Shown here piece after piece: positions 47,850 to 59,733 of a stretch of DNA of 64,000 nt. The stretch is from the IMG/VR virus record IMGVR_UViG_3300021399_000008, positions 1-64,000 of that record; one strand, 5' to 3'. Every line of letters begins with the position of its first letter. Within the stretch, counting starts at the first letter, position 1. Below the pieces are notes generated by a model. It did not search any database. It was given only the letters and a program-made list of their open reading frames with translations, and was not told where the DNA came from. This DNA comes from a virus. Taxonomy: Duplodnaviria > Caudoviricetes. The translations under genes and the position numbers were made by a program.

Positions 47850-50800
47850 TTGACTATGAGCGGTACAGCGTTTGGTGTAATTGCAGACTCTCTTAAGAGG
47901 TGTGCGAATAATGACTGCTTGAACTGTAAGTACGCCGAGAAGGATTCGATGGGAGTTTCCTGTGAGACTCAGCTAAGAATAGATACCAGAAGACTGATTA
48001 ACGCACTGGAAGAAGCGCTTCTGGAAATAGATAATAAGTATGACTGATACCTGAGGTAGAAACTATGAGTAACTTAGATAAAGATAAATGCCTGAAGGAT
48101 GGTAATCCTGTAGACTGCAGATACTGTAATCTGTCAGACGCAGCAGCTCCTGACAGCGAGAACGTGTACTGTTACTACGATATTCCTGTGTTGTTGAAAG
48201 ATACGAAACGTACAGCAGAGGAGTGCGGTGCTTTTGAGTACAACCCAGTCTTCCCTAAGGAATGAACCTGAGATTCTGATGGTTGAGACAGACTACCTGT
48301 ATGTTCCGCGTGAATACAGAAGACCTGAGATTGACCCTATCAGAACGTGTCCAAACTGTAAGACGATGATCTGGGATCCTCAGCTGATCTACTGTCCAGT
48401 GTGCGGAACGTTCGCTATAAAAGTAAAGGAGTCTGCTGAATGAATATTGTGACCGACTGGAGAAATCTGAACTATGTGAACTCAAACCTGAAACAGGCTG
48501 AAGAAGGAATGCGGAAATGCTTAGTTGCAGGCTTCGAATCGCTCGTTCAATCTGGTGTGGAGGATAAGGATGCTAAGGATAGCAATAGCTCTGGAGAACG
48601 GTAATCCATTTGCTTACTTGTTAATCTTTATGTTGCTTTTGCCGCCAGTATTTATATGCATATCGGCAATAATTGAGAAAATTGCCGAAGCGTATGCGAG
48701 GAGAAAACATGACAGGAAGAGATTTGATTAAATGGATTAAGGACCATAAAGCCGAAGACTTCGTTGTTACTGTAGCTGACGGACGCCGCTTCAATAACGG
48801 CGGCTGGTACCTGACTACTGCCTCGATGTATACGACTCACAGCAGAACAGGTTACGAACTTTCTATTGAACCTTTCGCTAGATACGACAGTGAAGATACT
48901 GATAAACCGCATAACACTATCGTACTGTAAGGAGGAATTTGTATGACGGCTATTTGGCAGGCGACTTTTGTTCTGGCAGCTATCTGTGCCGGTGTCGTAA
49001 TCGTTACGTTTATTCTGGTTCGCAGTATTTCAGAGACCGTGGATAAACTGGTAGACCTGCTGGTGGATACGGTTAAAACGCAGAGAGATATTACCTTCTC
49101 TCAGCATGAGATCTTTCAGGCTCAGACCAGCACGTATAGATACTTGAAATTGATTCTCGAGATTCTTGGCGGTTTAGAACCGGAAGAAGAGGAGGATGAA
49201 GATGAGTCTGGATCACGAAACGAAGATGTCACTGCTGGCTAACCAGTATGGCTGGGAGTATCTGAGATACGACGACAACTTAAAAAAGATTAAGGATTAC
49301 CTGCACGATGCGTATTGTGCAGGTTTTCTTAAAGGTGAAGAAATCGCAAGGAAACGTGGCTGGTGGTACAAGCGGATGCACGTGATGGATTACCTGTACT
49401 GCAGCAACTGTAACTATATGTTGAGCGGAGAGAAGACACAGTTCTGCCCTGGCTGCGGAGCGAAGATGGATCTTGAGAACAGTCCTACTGATAACCATCA
49501 GGGACATGACTGCTTCAACTGTTCGAACTCTTTTGTGGACGACAACGATAAGCTGCACTGTATGGCAGACGACCACGACCATGAAGCCACTGTAGCAGAT
49601 GATCACTGGTGTTCTGATTGGACCTAACTGTCCTAATAGACCTGACTGGAGGAAATATGACGACTGAGAAATACAGACAGTTTATAGAGGAGTTAAACAG
49701 TCTGAGTAATGACGTTTACGACGGAGACTTTGTTTCGGGTTGGAACGAAGGACTTGATGCTGCTCGAGAACTGATCGAGAGATATAAAGATTTCTTCCTC
49801 AGCCAGCCTGATAAGCCGACTGATGTGATGCACGAACTGAATATCGTAGCTGCTTCTGTGTCAACGATCAGCAGGGAAGTGGAGGCGATTCAGAAGGCGA
49901 TGAAGGAAATCAGCTCCTATATCTACAAAGCTTACCAGAAAGAAGAAGAGAAGGAACAATGAGTATGAGCGGAATGAACGTGAAAGAAAACGAAATGACT
50001 GTGTATATTCTTACCTACTACGATATTGGTGACGCTCCGAATGTTCTGGTGTTCAGCAATAAACGCAACGCTCTGAGAAACATGGAGTTTATGACTAAGA
50101 TGTATGATTCTGTGACGTTCTCGAAGCAGATTATACTGGCAGACAAAGACGACGCAGAAGAATAAGGAGATAAAAGATGAGCCATTTTAATGTTGCCGTA
50201 ATTCATAGAGCTGATCAGAGTATCGACGAACTTCTTGAACCGTACGATGAGAATACCGAAGTTGAACCGTACATTGATTATACAAAACAGATGGCTATTG
50301 AGCACGCCAGAAGAAATTATGCTGGCCATTCGAATGCTCTTCCGGCTGACGCTACGGATGAACAGTGCTGGAAGTATATGGCTGAAGACTACGAAGCTGA
50401 CAGGATCGACGGAGATGGAAACCTGTACACTACCTATAACCCGAAGTCTAAGTGGGACTGGTGGACTATCGGTGGACGCTGGAGTGGTCTGATCAAAACA
50501 AAAGATGGAGACACTGTAGACGAATGCCGTATTGGCGAGATGGATCTTACTCCTAATCAGGATACGTATAACCATGCTCTCAGATTCTGGGATGTGTATG
50601 TTGATAAGAGACCCTTGAAACCGGGAGAGACTGAAGAACAGTACAACACTTTCTACAGGGAGAGCTACTTTAAAGACAGGTATCTGGACCGTGAAACCTA
50701 CGCGAAGTGTCAGGCTTCCTTTATGACCAGAGCTGTCGTTACTCCTGATGGAGAATGGCACGAGGCAGGAGAGATGGGCTGGTTCGGTTGTTCCAGTGAA

Positions 50801-53800
50801 ACCGACGAAGAGTGGCGCGATTGGGCTGAGAACTATCAGAAGAACTTTATCGACTCAGCTGATCCTGACCTTGTAATCACAATGGTTGACTGCCACATTT
50901 AAAGGAGATAAAGAATGGACAAAGGAGGATGAAACCTGATGGATCAGGAACGTCTTAATCAGCTGGATTCGTATATTGGTATTGCGAACAACGTAGGGTT
51001 CAAGACATTAGAAGTAGATGTCGATCTTCTAAATGAAGCTGTGACTGAGCTTAAGAATAAGGTTCCGAGTACGCCTACATTCTGGCAGGGTAAAGCCTAC
51101 TGCGGTAAATGCGACAGCAGGATTCCAAAGAAACAGGTAATGAAATCACATTACTGTGCGAGTTGTGGCTGGCCTATTCAGTGGCCGAGTAAGAAGCCTG
51201 ATTATGGAGTAGGAAGGGATGCATAAAATGACTGAACTGAACCGAGTGATCTACGATATCGAACGGTGCACCTGTCACGTCCCTGATGCTTGCCGTGACT
51301 GCTCGAAATACAAGGGAGAGTACACGCCTGACTGCATGGAACAGTTGCTGACTGATGCGCTGAAACTGCTGAAAGAACAGCCTGAAATCGTTCATTGTAA
51401 AAACTGTAAATGGTTTAGCGAAAAAGGATTCTGCAAACACCCTGACGGTGGAGCTGGAAACATTCGGCCTGCAGATTGGTTCTGCGGTGATGGGAAAAGG
51501 CGGGAAGTGGAATGAAAGAGATCATCATAGAAGTGCCTGACAGATTTGGACAAGAGCTGAAACCTGAAAAAGTAAACAGTAAGATCAAAGGGGAACTTGT
51601 CCGGTGCGGAGACTGTAAACATTATAAGGACGGATTTTGCTACAACCCTAACACTTTTGATGCTGAAAAAATATGCGGAAATACTTCGCCAGACTGGTTC
51701 TGCGCTGATGGGAAAAGGCGGGAAGTGGATTGACAAATAAAGATGCTATCAAATGGCTTGGCAACCTAAGAAATGATCTGGGAAATCCGCATTATGAATG
51801 CCTTTGGCCTTACGCACAGGCACTTGATGAAATTGCTGAGATGCTGGAAGAACAGGAAACAGAACCGCAGATGGTACTATTTAGAGACGATGGCGAGTAT
51901 TGTCCGCATTGTTCGACGATTACAAGCAGAGCAATGGGAGTACAAAAACTGCATCGTGGCACAAGGTTTTGTCCGTACTGCGGAAAGGCTGTGACGTGGA
52001 ATGGTTGACAGAGGGAAAGTTATTAAAGAACTCATAAGATGCGATATTCCATATCCGTTACTATGCGATACCATTGCCTTGCTAACAGAGCAGGAACCTG
52101 TGAAGCCGATCAGATTAGAAAACTGGTGGAAATGTCCATATTGCAGTGGGAACATAGTTGCTAACATGAATTATTGTCCGAGATGTGGAAGGGCTGTGAA
52201 TTGGAATGAGTAATAAAGGCAGAGTAAAACAGGGACTGACGTGCTGTCAGGTTAGTCATAAACTGTATTGCGACAAGTGTCCGTATAAATATAAATACTC
52301 AACAGGAATTCTCGACTGTACAGCTGATCTGGCTGCGGATGCTTTAGAACTGATAAGAGAATACGAGAAGTACAGGTGGCAACCAGCAGAACAAAAGCCG
52401 AAAGAACCTGGGTGGTACTGGGTGTATGCTCCTACTTATCAAGGTGGATCGTCAACCTCTCGTGAACACCACGACGGAATCATGTTCGCGAAATGGAGCG
52501 GTACAGCCTGGAGTATAGAACGTGGCTACTACAACAGACCTGGCTGTGTGGAAGCATGGATGTTTCTTCCTAAGTCGCCAGTGAAGGAGAATATTAGATG
52601 AGCGAATGGATCAGCGTTAAGGACCAGATGCCATCAGATAATCAGATGGTAATCGGTTATACACCAGTTGATGGTCGTATGTTCGTAGGATTCTATAGAA
52701 CATTCCACTATTCACACATAGACAAACCTTTGGGTTATTGGTACATCGGGACGGCTATGCGATCCACAAAGCGTATGACAAAAAAAGTAACGCACTGGAT
52801 GTCATTGCCTAGTTCACCAAAGGAGGAGAACTAAGATAATGACCGATAAAGATCTTCTGAATGAGGATATGAAGAACAGGATCATAGAAGCTGCGCATAA
52901 AGCGATCAGCATGAGCCGTGAAGATTCAGATTGTGTTGATCGCACAGAAGTAGAAACCGAGGTTCTTCTTGGATTGTTGAAGATAGTAAGTATGCAGGAT
53001 GAGAACTCAGATGAATGGATCAGCGTTAAGGACCATCTTCCTCCGAGCCAGAAACATGTTCTGGCTGAGACAGACAAGTATGAATGCGTAGCCTTCTACG
53101 CTGAAAGATTCTCTGTCTCAGTCGGATACTATACTGACGATGAGATTGATTGTGAATACAACGAAGACTTGGACGAATACTTTCTGGCCGAAGGATGGTA
53201 CGAGGTTGTCCATAACTGGGAAGAATATTCAAGTATTACGATTGAAGACGAAGTGATTGGCTGGATGGATTTGCCACGAAGATCGAAGGAGTAAGTATGA
53301 TCTACTGGGATTACACGCTTAACTGGAAATATATCGTCGACAAAATGGAAGAGAAGTTTGGACTTAAACCAGACTCTACAGAGAAGCTTTCTATGGGTGA
53401 GATTGAGAGGAAGATCGAAGAGATCTGGGTAGAATATGTAGATATTTTGGATAAGAAATACACAGAAGCTGAGATTGTAGATTCTCTGGACAAGGAGATA
53501 GTGTGATGAATTCGCCATTGACCGCTGAAGAAGTAGACAAGGTAGCAAGACAGTACCTGTGGAAACGGCACTGGCTGGAGAGAAACACAGGCGAATAGTA
53601 TATTATCTAGATGGACATGATTGCTTATTCCAGCAGAGGTAAGAATCTGATCTATCGCTTTACAGATCCTGAGCTGAGTACCTTCAGTCAGGAATTTTTT
53701 ATGTGTCTGTTTTCAGAATACGGAGAGACATGGAGACTGTGGGATAACGAACCTACAGAAGAAGAAAGGAAAACTGCTGAGTGGAAGACAGCTTAAAGAT

Positions 53801-56449
53801 GTGTCCGTTATGTGGCGGCAACGCGGCTATAAGTTTCTGGCTGGAAGAAGATGTTTACAGCTACGCAGCCGGAAGAATTCGATGTTCTGAATGCTTCGTA
53901 ACACTGCAACGTCGGTTGGAGATTCAGTTCAACACGGAGAAGAATCCAGGTGAAACCTTTATGGATCTTGAGAAGGAACTGAAAACAACTTGGAACAGTC
54001 GCATTATGGAGGTAGCAAATGTCTGAAAGAACAGTAATCCCGCATCGGAATTATAAATACCTGTCCGACTACTGGTGTGAGTGCGGCTGGCATCTTGGAA
54101 AGAAAGGTTCAGTGAAATACTGCGCTGACTGCGGAAGGAAGATCGATTGGAATGATTATCGTTAAACGAGCCAAAGAAGGCATGCGGTGTAACTCGTGTT
54201 GTTCGGAGACTGGTGTCTACAATATAACGATGTTCCGATATACTGGCCAAGGCACGCAGATTTCGTTATGTGATGCTTGTATCGCAGACGTATACAAAGG
54301 GTATATTAAATGTAACAACGGCAACAACGAGGTAAAAGAGCTTGAACGAGATAAATAAAGCAGACGAAAAGGATGAACTCGATGAACTCGATGAACTCAT
54401 GACTGCTCTGGAGAATGCGGGTATTCTTTGCGGCTGGTCAAAGTTTATGGGTAGAACAGATGAGATAACGTGCAAAGACTGTCTTCTGAATCGTAACTGT
54501 CCTTGCGGATATTCAGCCGGGAACGCTGCTTGTCTGACTGTGAGGCAGCAACATCTGGACGAAACAATGATGGAGTTTGACGCTTACCATGACGAGATGG
54601 ACGGTATAGCTGAACAGTGCGAAATGGAGTCTTCACAGTGATTATAAAATATAAGCCAAACAAAATCACAGCGACTCTGCAAGCTGTTGTAGCCGGAGAG
54701 TTTCACGACGGTGCTACAGGAGAAACGGTTCGCCACTGTGTGGAGCAACAGTTAAGACATGCAGGGTTCGATGTTAATGTAAAACTAAAACATTACACCA
54801 GAGATCGCATTTCGATAGAAGAAACAAAGATTACAGCAGGTTTGCAGTTAAGAGTTACTGGAGAGTTTTACGATGACGAAGCATCAGAAGAAACACTTCG
54901 CTACTGTGTTGAACAGGATCTGGAAGACGCTGGGTTCTACGCTTATGTAAACGTTATAAGGAATTAAAAACATGGAAAAGCAGGAGAAGGTTTGGACAAA
55001 ACCGGAAATCGTTGAACTGATACAAACCAATGATCGTGTATTATATAAAGCATTGAAAACGCTTTATAACGAACAAAGCGAATCTGAACAAGAAGATAGT
55101 GAGACTATCGAAAGTAATGGCTCTGGATTCAATAAGATAGATGCTGAGTTTATGTCAGGCATCGTTAAGTTTCTAGACAAAAGAGGATTTCTAACAGATA
55201 AACAAAAAGAAGTTACTCGCAAGAAACTAGTTAAATATGCCGGGCAGCTTACAAGGTTGGCGAACCATCAACCAGCATATGAACCGCCGCAACCGAGAGT
55301 TCCAAAAGAAAAACCGAAAAAGAAACAGGTTGTAAACAAAGAAGTAAAATGCAGAGGTTGTCTGTTCAACTGTAGGTGTGCTTATGTTAATTCAGCTGGA
55401 AGTACAGGGTGCGTTTTAACTAGACAACACATGGATGGCGAAAGGGATTGGGTAATCGAAAAACATTTTCCTGATCTTGTTAAAACTGAGAGCGACAAAG
55501 CACCATGTCCGTTGTGCGGTGGTGTGCCGTCTGTTCAAGAACAAGAAATATATTTCGGTAGACCGGATCATAAATGGAGTTGCATACGGCATTATCTAAG
55601 GAATATCGTTTGCACAAAGTGCGGACTTCAGACAAGAAAGTTGTTATACAACACAGAATACGATGACTCGGATACTGTTTGTTCTCTGGGTCGTTACGCA
55701 TCAGATTCTGAAGTATGGGAAGACTGGGATAAGATAACCACAACATTTCGCATAGCGGAAGCTTTCGAATCTCTTTTAGATAAACAAGATGGGAGAACTG
55801 GCGATGATTGCGAACATACCGACTGAAGTAGTCCCTGTGTGGTATATAGAGAAGTGGGCGAAAAATAATTCTGAGGATGGATCTATTCTCAGCAACTGGA
55901 TAAAACGGCTGCTGAAAGACTGGCAGGAGTCTAAGGATAATCTGAGTGGAGGACATAATGACAGGACAGGAACTGATTAATTGGATCGTAGAACACAACG
56001 CTCAGGATATGCAGTGTGTGGTGCAGTACCGTGACGACAGCAACGCTTACTTGGAGCCGTTGAGCAGGTGGAATGAAGGCAGCATATCCAAACCCCCGGT
56101 GCTCGCTTCATATAAGGCTTACGACGCACCGTATGATAACGAGGTTGAAATCAAGTTCGAAATAGATAAACCGATCTGTTTCGATCCTCTCTGTTTTGTC
56201 CTTTGAGAATAGGTGATGAAAATGACAGGACTTGAACTGATTAAATGGATCATAAAACACGACGCTGAGGATAAGGAAATCATTATTGAACACAGAGACA
56301 GCGGCGGTTCGTACCGCACAGCAGAACGACTTGGCGAGTTCTCTGATCCTGCTTTTGTAATGTTTTCTGACGAAGGGTACGGAGTCATATCAAAGCTAGA
56401 ATACGAGTACGATGTGAAAGACTTTAAGCCAAACGGCGTTGTACTTTAA
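47850..56449 (+). CDS. dense array of ~30 small accessory genes (Zn ribbons, DUF551-like, Lar-like, MTG.ELI.WI family)
   Basis: overlapping ATGA junctions and RBSs; includes 50177..50902 (YNPKSKWDWW.IGGRW), 52598 and 52839 (EWISVKD), 53781 and 54972 (CPLCGG Lar-like). Confidence 0.7.
53506..53796 (+). CDS. hypothetical protein with two in-frame TAGs (53596, 53608)
   Basis: AAGGAG RBS, overlaps the upstream stop, in frame with the 53611 ORF ending YGETWRLW...PT. Confidence 0.75.
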
Positions 56450-56464
56450 CTGGGAGACTGAATA

Positions 56465-57436
56465 ATGCTTAATGTTGTATATACACATACAGGAAAAATA
56501 TTTGTAGACACAGAGAAACGACTGGAGTTTTTAACAGTAGGCGACTACGGGAAAGAGAATAATATAAAAGCAGATTTTCTTGGATTCACAAAGGAAATTA
56601 ATGGCGTTGCAAATACAGCGGTTGACTTAAGGAAAAAGTGGGTTGCAACGATCAGCACCCAACATGGATGTCCTATGAAGTGTCGGTTCTGCGACTGTCC
56701 GAAGTTTGGATATTACGGAAACGTGACACAGGATCTCCTTAAATACCAAATTGAAACAATCCTCCAGTCAGAAACATTGGACACTACAGATAGATTCAAC
56801 GTTCATTACGCAAGAATGGGAGAGCCGACATTTAACCAGAACGTTCTTAAATTTTCTGAAGATCAGTTAAGACAGGTGGTCGGCACTTATATCAGCGCAA
56901 AAACCATACATCCGGTTGTTTCCACGATGCTTCCAAAATCAAACAAAAACTTAGCCGCATTTCTTTTCGACTGGTGTAATATCAAAAACAATATATACAA
57001 AGGAGAAGCAGGTCTTCAGCTTTCTATTAACTCTACTAATGATAAACAGCGGTCATGGCAGTTTAATGATATGTCTATGGATCTGCGTGACATTGCGGCT
57101 CTTGCTGAAAAACTTCCTGATCCAGTTGGGAGGAAATATACACTTAACTTTGCGGTGACAAAAGATACAATTCTTGATGCAGAGAAATTATCAGCACTGT
57201 TTGATACGAATAAGTTTATAGTAAAGATTACGCCGATTCATCAGACAAACGCTGCGCTTACAAACAACTTTGATGTAACGACTTCCTATGCAGATTATGA
57301 TGTATATCGGGATTTTGAACAGCCTCTGCTGGACTGCGGCTGGGATGTGATTGTATTCGTTCCTAGCGTGGAAGAAGATAGCGACAGAATTACCTGCGGT
57401 AACGCACTGATTTCCGACGCAAATAAATCGGAGTAA
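56465..57436 (+). CDS. RlmN/Cfr-like radical SAM enzyme
   Basis: ISTQHGCPMKCRFC, MGEP, LQLSINS, C-terminal TCG. Confidence 0.85.
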   Translation: MLNVVYTHTGKIFVDTEKRLEFLTVGDYGKENNIKADFLGFTKEINGVANTAVDLRKKWVATISTQHGCPMKCRFCDCPKFGYYGNVTQDLLKYQIETILQSETLDTTDRFNVHYARMGEPTFNQNVLKFSEDQLRQVVGTYISAKTIHPVVSTMLPKSNKNLAAFLFDWCNIKNNIYKGEAGLQLSINSTNDKQRSWQFNDMSMDLRDIAALAEKLPDPVGRKYTLNFAVTKDTILDAEKLSALFDTNKFIVKITPIHQTNAALTNNFDVTTSYADYDVYRDFEQPLLDCGWDVIVFVPSVEEDSDRITCGNALISDANKSE

Positions 57437-58311
57437 AAATGAAAATAACGATAGAAATTCCACCTGAATACGAGAGTGAATTTGAAAAAGACAAATTCGA
57501 AAATACGCTCCAACGAATGAAAGCCGATGCACATTGTTTAGCAGGAAACTATGAGAAAGAAACTATAAACATGCTGATAGAAGCATTTAAGAACGCAAAG
57601 TCAGTGAGTTAAATAGGAGTTTAACATGTATATATTTGTAATACTTGCCGTTTTTGATTCGGTGATTATATGTCGCGCGATTATCAATATCGAAATTGAG
57701 ATTGAGAGAATCAGGAAATGTTTAGAAGATCACAAATGACAAAAATTGGAGGATAAAACATGACGGTCAAAGATGCAATGGACACGATTAAAGCTGCGAA
57801 AGTATACTCCAAATTTCTGTGTCAACTGGCTGACAAAGAACAGGACGAGCATTTTAAAGACTACTTAGAAGAATCATCCGAATTGCTTGAAGAATATGTG
57901 GGTGTGCTTGAACAAATGAAGGTGCAGGGGACTTAAATAGGAGTTTATAATGATTGTTATAGGCAAACGTGCGTACGGCACGGATCGGTTCAGATGGTTT
58001 TATCACCCGTTGTTGCCGCAGAACGAAAAGGAATTCTTTCATTTCTTTGTCTGGTTCGGCAAGAATTGGTATATATGTTGGCATAAGAAAGGTAAATAAC
58101 CATTTGAAAAAGGTTGGGCTTAATCCATGATTGAAAAGTTTCACATAGATGGCGGCGTCAACGATTATGCTACGATCCAAGAACCTGATAAGCACGAGGA
58201 TGAACGCAAGCAGTTGATCAATGAAGGATATCAACTTTGGAGCAGATATGTTAAAGACGGTAAGCAAGAAGAGCTGTGGGTTAAATAACCATTTAAGACT
58301 GGAGGAATAAA

Positions 58312-58521
58312 ATGTCTTTTGCAGATGCTGTTTTAGCTATGAAACAGGGAAAGAGAGTGCGTCTGCCGTGGTGGGGAGGATACTGGTACATCGCAAACAA
58401 CACACTCAGAATACATTGTGCAGACGATGACGACTTTAATGCATTTAGCAGAGAAAACACAGAACCGCTTTACACTTTGTCATTTATGACTGCAAACTGT
58501 TGGGAGTTAGTCCAGGATTAA
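58312..58521 (+). CDS. DUF2829/Tad2-like protein
   Basis: MSFADA..AMK.GKRVR...W.G...A..WELV. Confidence 0.7.
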   Translation: MSFADAVLAMKQGKRVRLPWWGGYWYIANNTLRIHCADDDDFNAFSRENTEPLYTLSFMTANCWELVQD

Positions 58522-58713
58522 ATAACCCGAGGTGGGATCAATGCACAAATATATTCGTAGTATTCTTAGGTTTACCATTCGACACAAAAAGATCGATCAG
58601 ATTTTCAGCAAATGGCAGTGGTTTAGGATTCTGTGCTACGAGGAAGCGCAAGCGGTTATTGGAAATAGGCCGTGGATGTAATTTAAATAACACTGTTACA
58701 AGGAGAAAATGAA

Positions 58714-58944
58714 ATGTACGTCAGAGATTTGAACGGCGGAAAACCAATTGTATTCAAAACTGTGGTTAGTTATTGTCCTCCAGATTGCGGAGGTGCGGAC
58801 GAAGATGAAATTGATTATGAGGCGTTTTGCCCGGTTTGCGATCGTAGATTCGATGATTTAGATCACGACAAGTTTTGTAGAGAGTGTGGCACAAAATTGT
58901 ACTGGCCTGCCAAATGGCCAATAATTAAGAAAATCGATAATTAA
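58714..58944 (+). CDS. Zn-ribbon protein
   Basis: CPVC...FCRECG. Confidence 0.75.
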   Translation: MYVRDLNGGKPIVFKTVVSYCPPDCGGADEDEIDYEAFCPVCDRRFDDLDHDKFCRECGTKLYWPAKWPIIKKIDN

Positions 58945-58960
58945 ATAACTCTTTAATTTT

Positions 58961-59053
58961 CTGACATATGCCGGATGCCATAGGGCGGCGTAGTGGTGAC
59001 TTTCGGTGGCTCGGTTCGACTCCGGGGCTGTCCGTGGTTTTAACTTATGTCAG
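58961..59053 (+). ncRNA. tRNA-like fragment inside a terminal stem
   Basis: T-arm CTCGG-TTCGACT-CCGGG; outer stem CTGACATA/TATGTCAG. Confidence 0.45.
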
Positions 59054-59484
59054 TAAACCGAACCTTAAATAGGAGCTTATAATATGAAAGCAATTATAAC
59101 ATTTAACGCCCATCTTGAAATTGATATTGATGACAAATCGCGGGATGAAATAGTTTCAGAGGACGTGCAAATCGTACAGATGAAACATCTGCTAATGGAA
59201 GAATGCGGTTGCGAGCACGTTGAAATAAGCGAGTATCATATGGAACTTAAATAACCCATTAAATAAAGGTAGGCGGCGAAGCGAAATGAAAATAAGAGTA
59301 TGGGCGCATACGGATGTAGTCGGGAGTATGACCGAAGACGTTATAGAAGTTGAAGACGGTTTAACTGAAGAACAAATTGACGAAGAGGCAAGAGATTATA
59401 TTTTCAATTTTGTCGAATGGGGATGGGAAACAGAGCAAGATGATTAACAGAGACGAGATTAAAACTATAACGGAGTGATTGTGA

Positions 59485-59700
59485 ATGACATTCGCAGAAG
59501 CGTACCGTGAGATGCGTAACGGAAAGTGTATTGCCCACGAAGAATTTGACGGAGACTATTGGACATGGGAAAACAATACCGTGATGTTCAACAGCAATAC
59601 TGGTCTTCGTTATCCTATACAGGGTGCGCCTGATATTGGCCGTGTCTTTGATTGTATCGTAGAAGATAAATGGAACGTAGTTTATCCTGAATTCGAATAA
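59485..59700 (+). CDS. DUF2829/Tad2-like protein
   Basis: MTFAEA...M.NGK.I......G...DKWNVV. Confidence 0.6.
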   Translation: MTFAEAYREMRNGKCIAHEEFDGDYWTWENNTVMFNSNTGLRYPIQGAPDIGRVFDCIVEDKWNVVYPEFE

Positions 59701-59733
59701 GTCTGAGTAAAAGAGTAGAAGGAGATTAAGGTT

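Larger units (their letters stand above)
57609..59262. repeat. nine TTAAA-TA(A/G)NNN-TTTAA boundary motifs separating small genes
   Basis: copies at 57609, 57933, 58092, 58281, 58518, 58683, 58941, 59065 and 59247. Confidence 0.75.
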
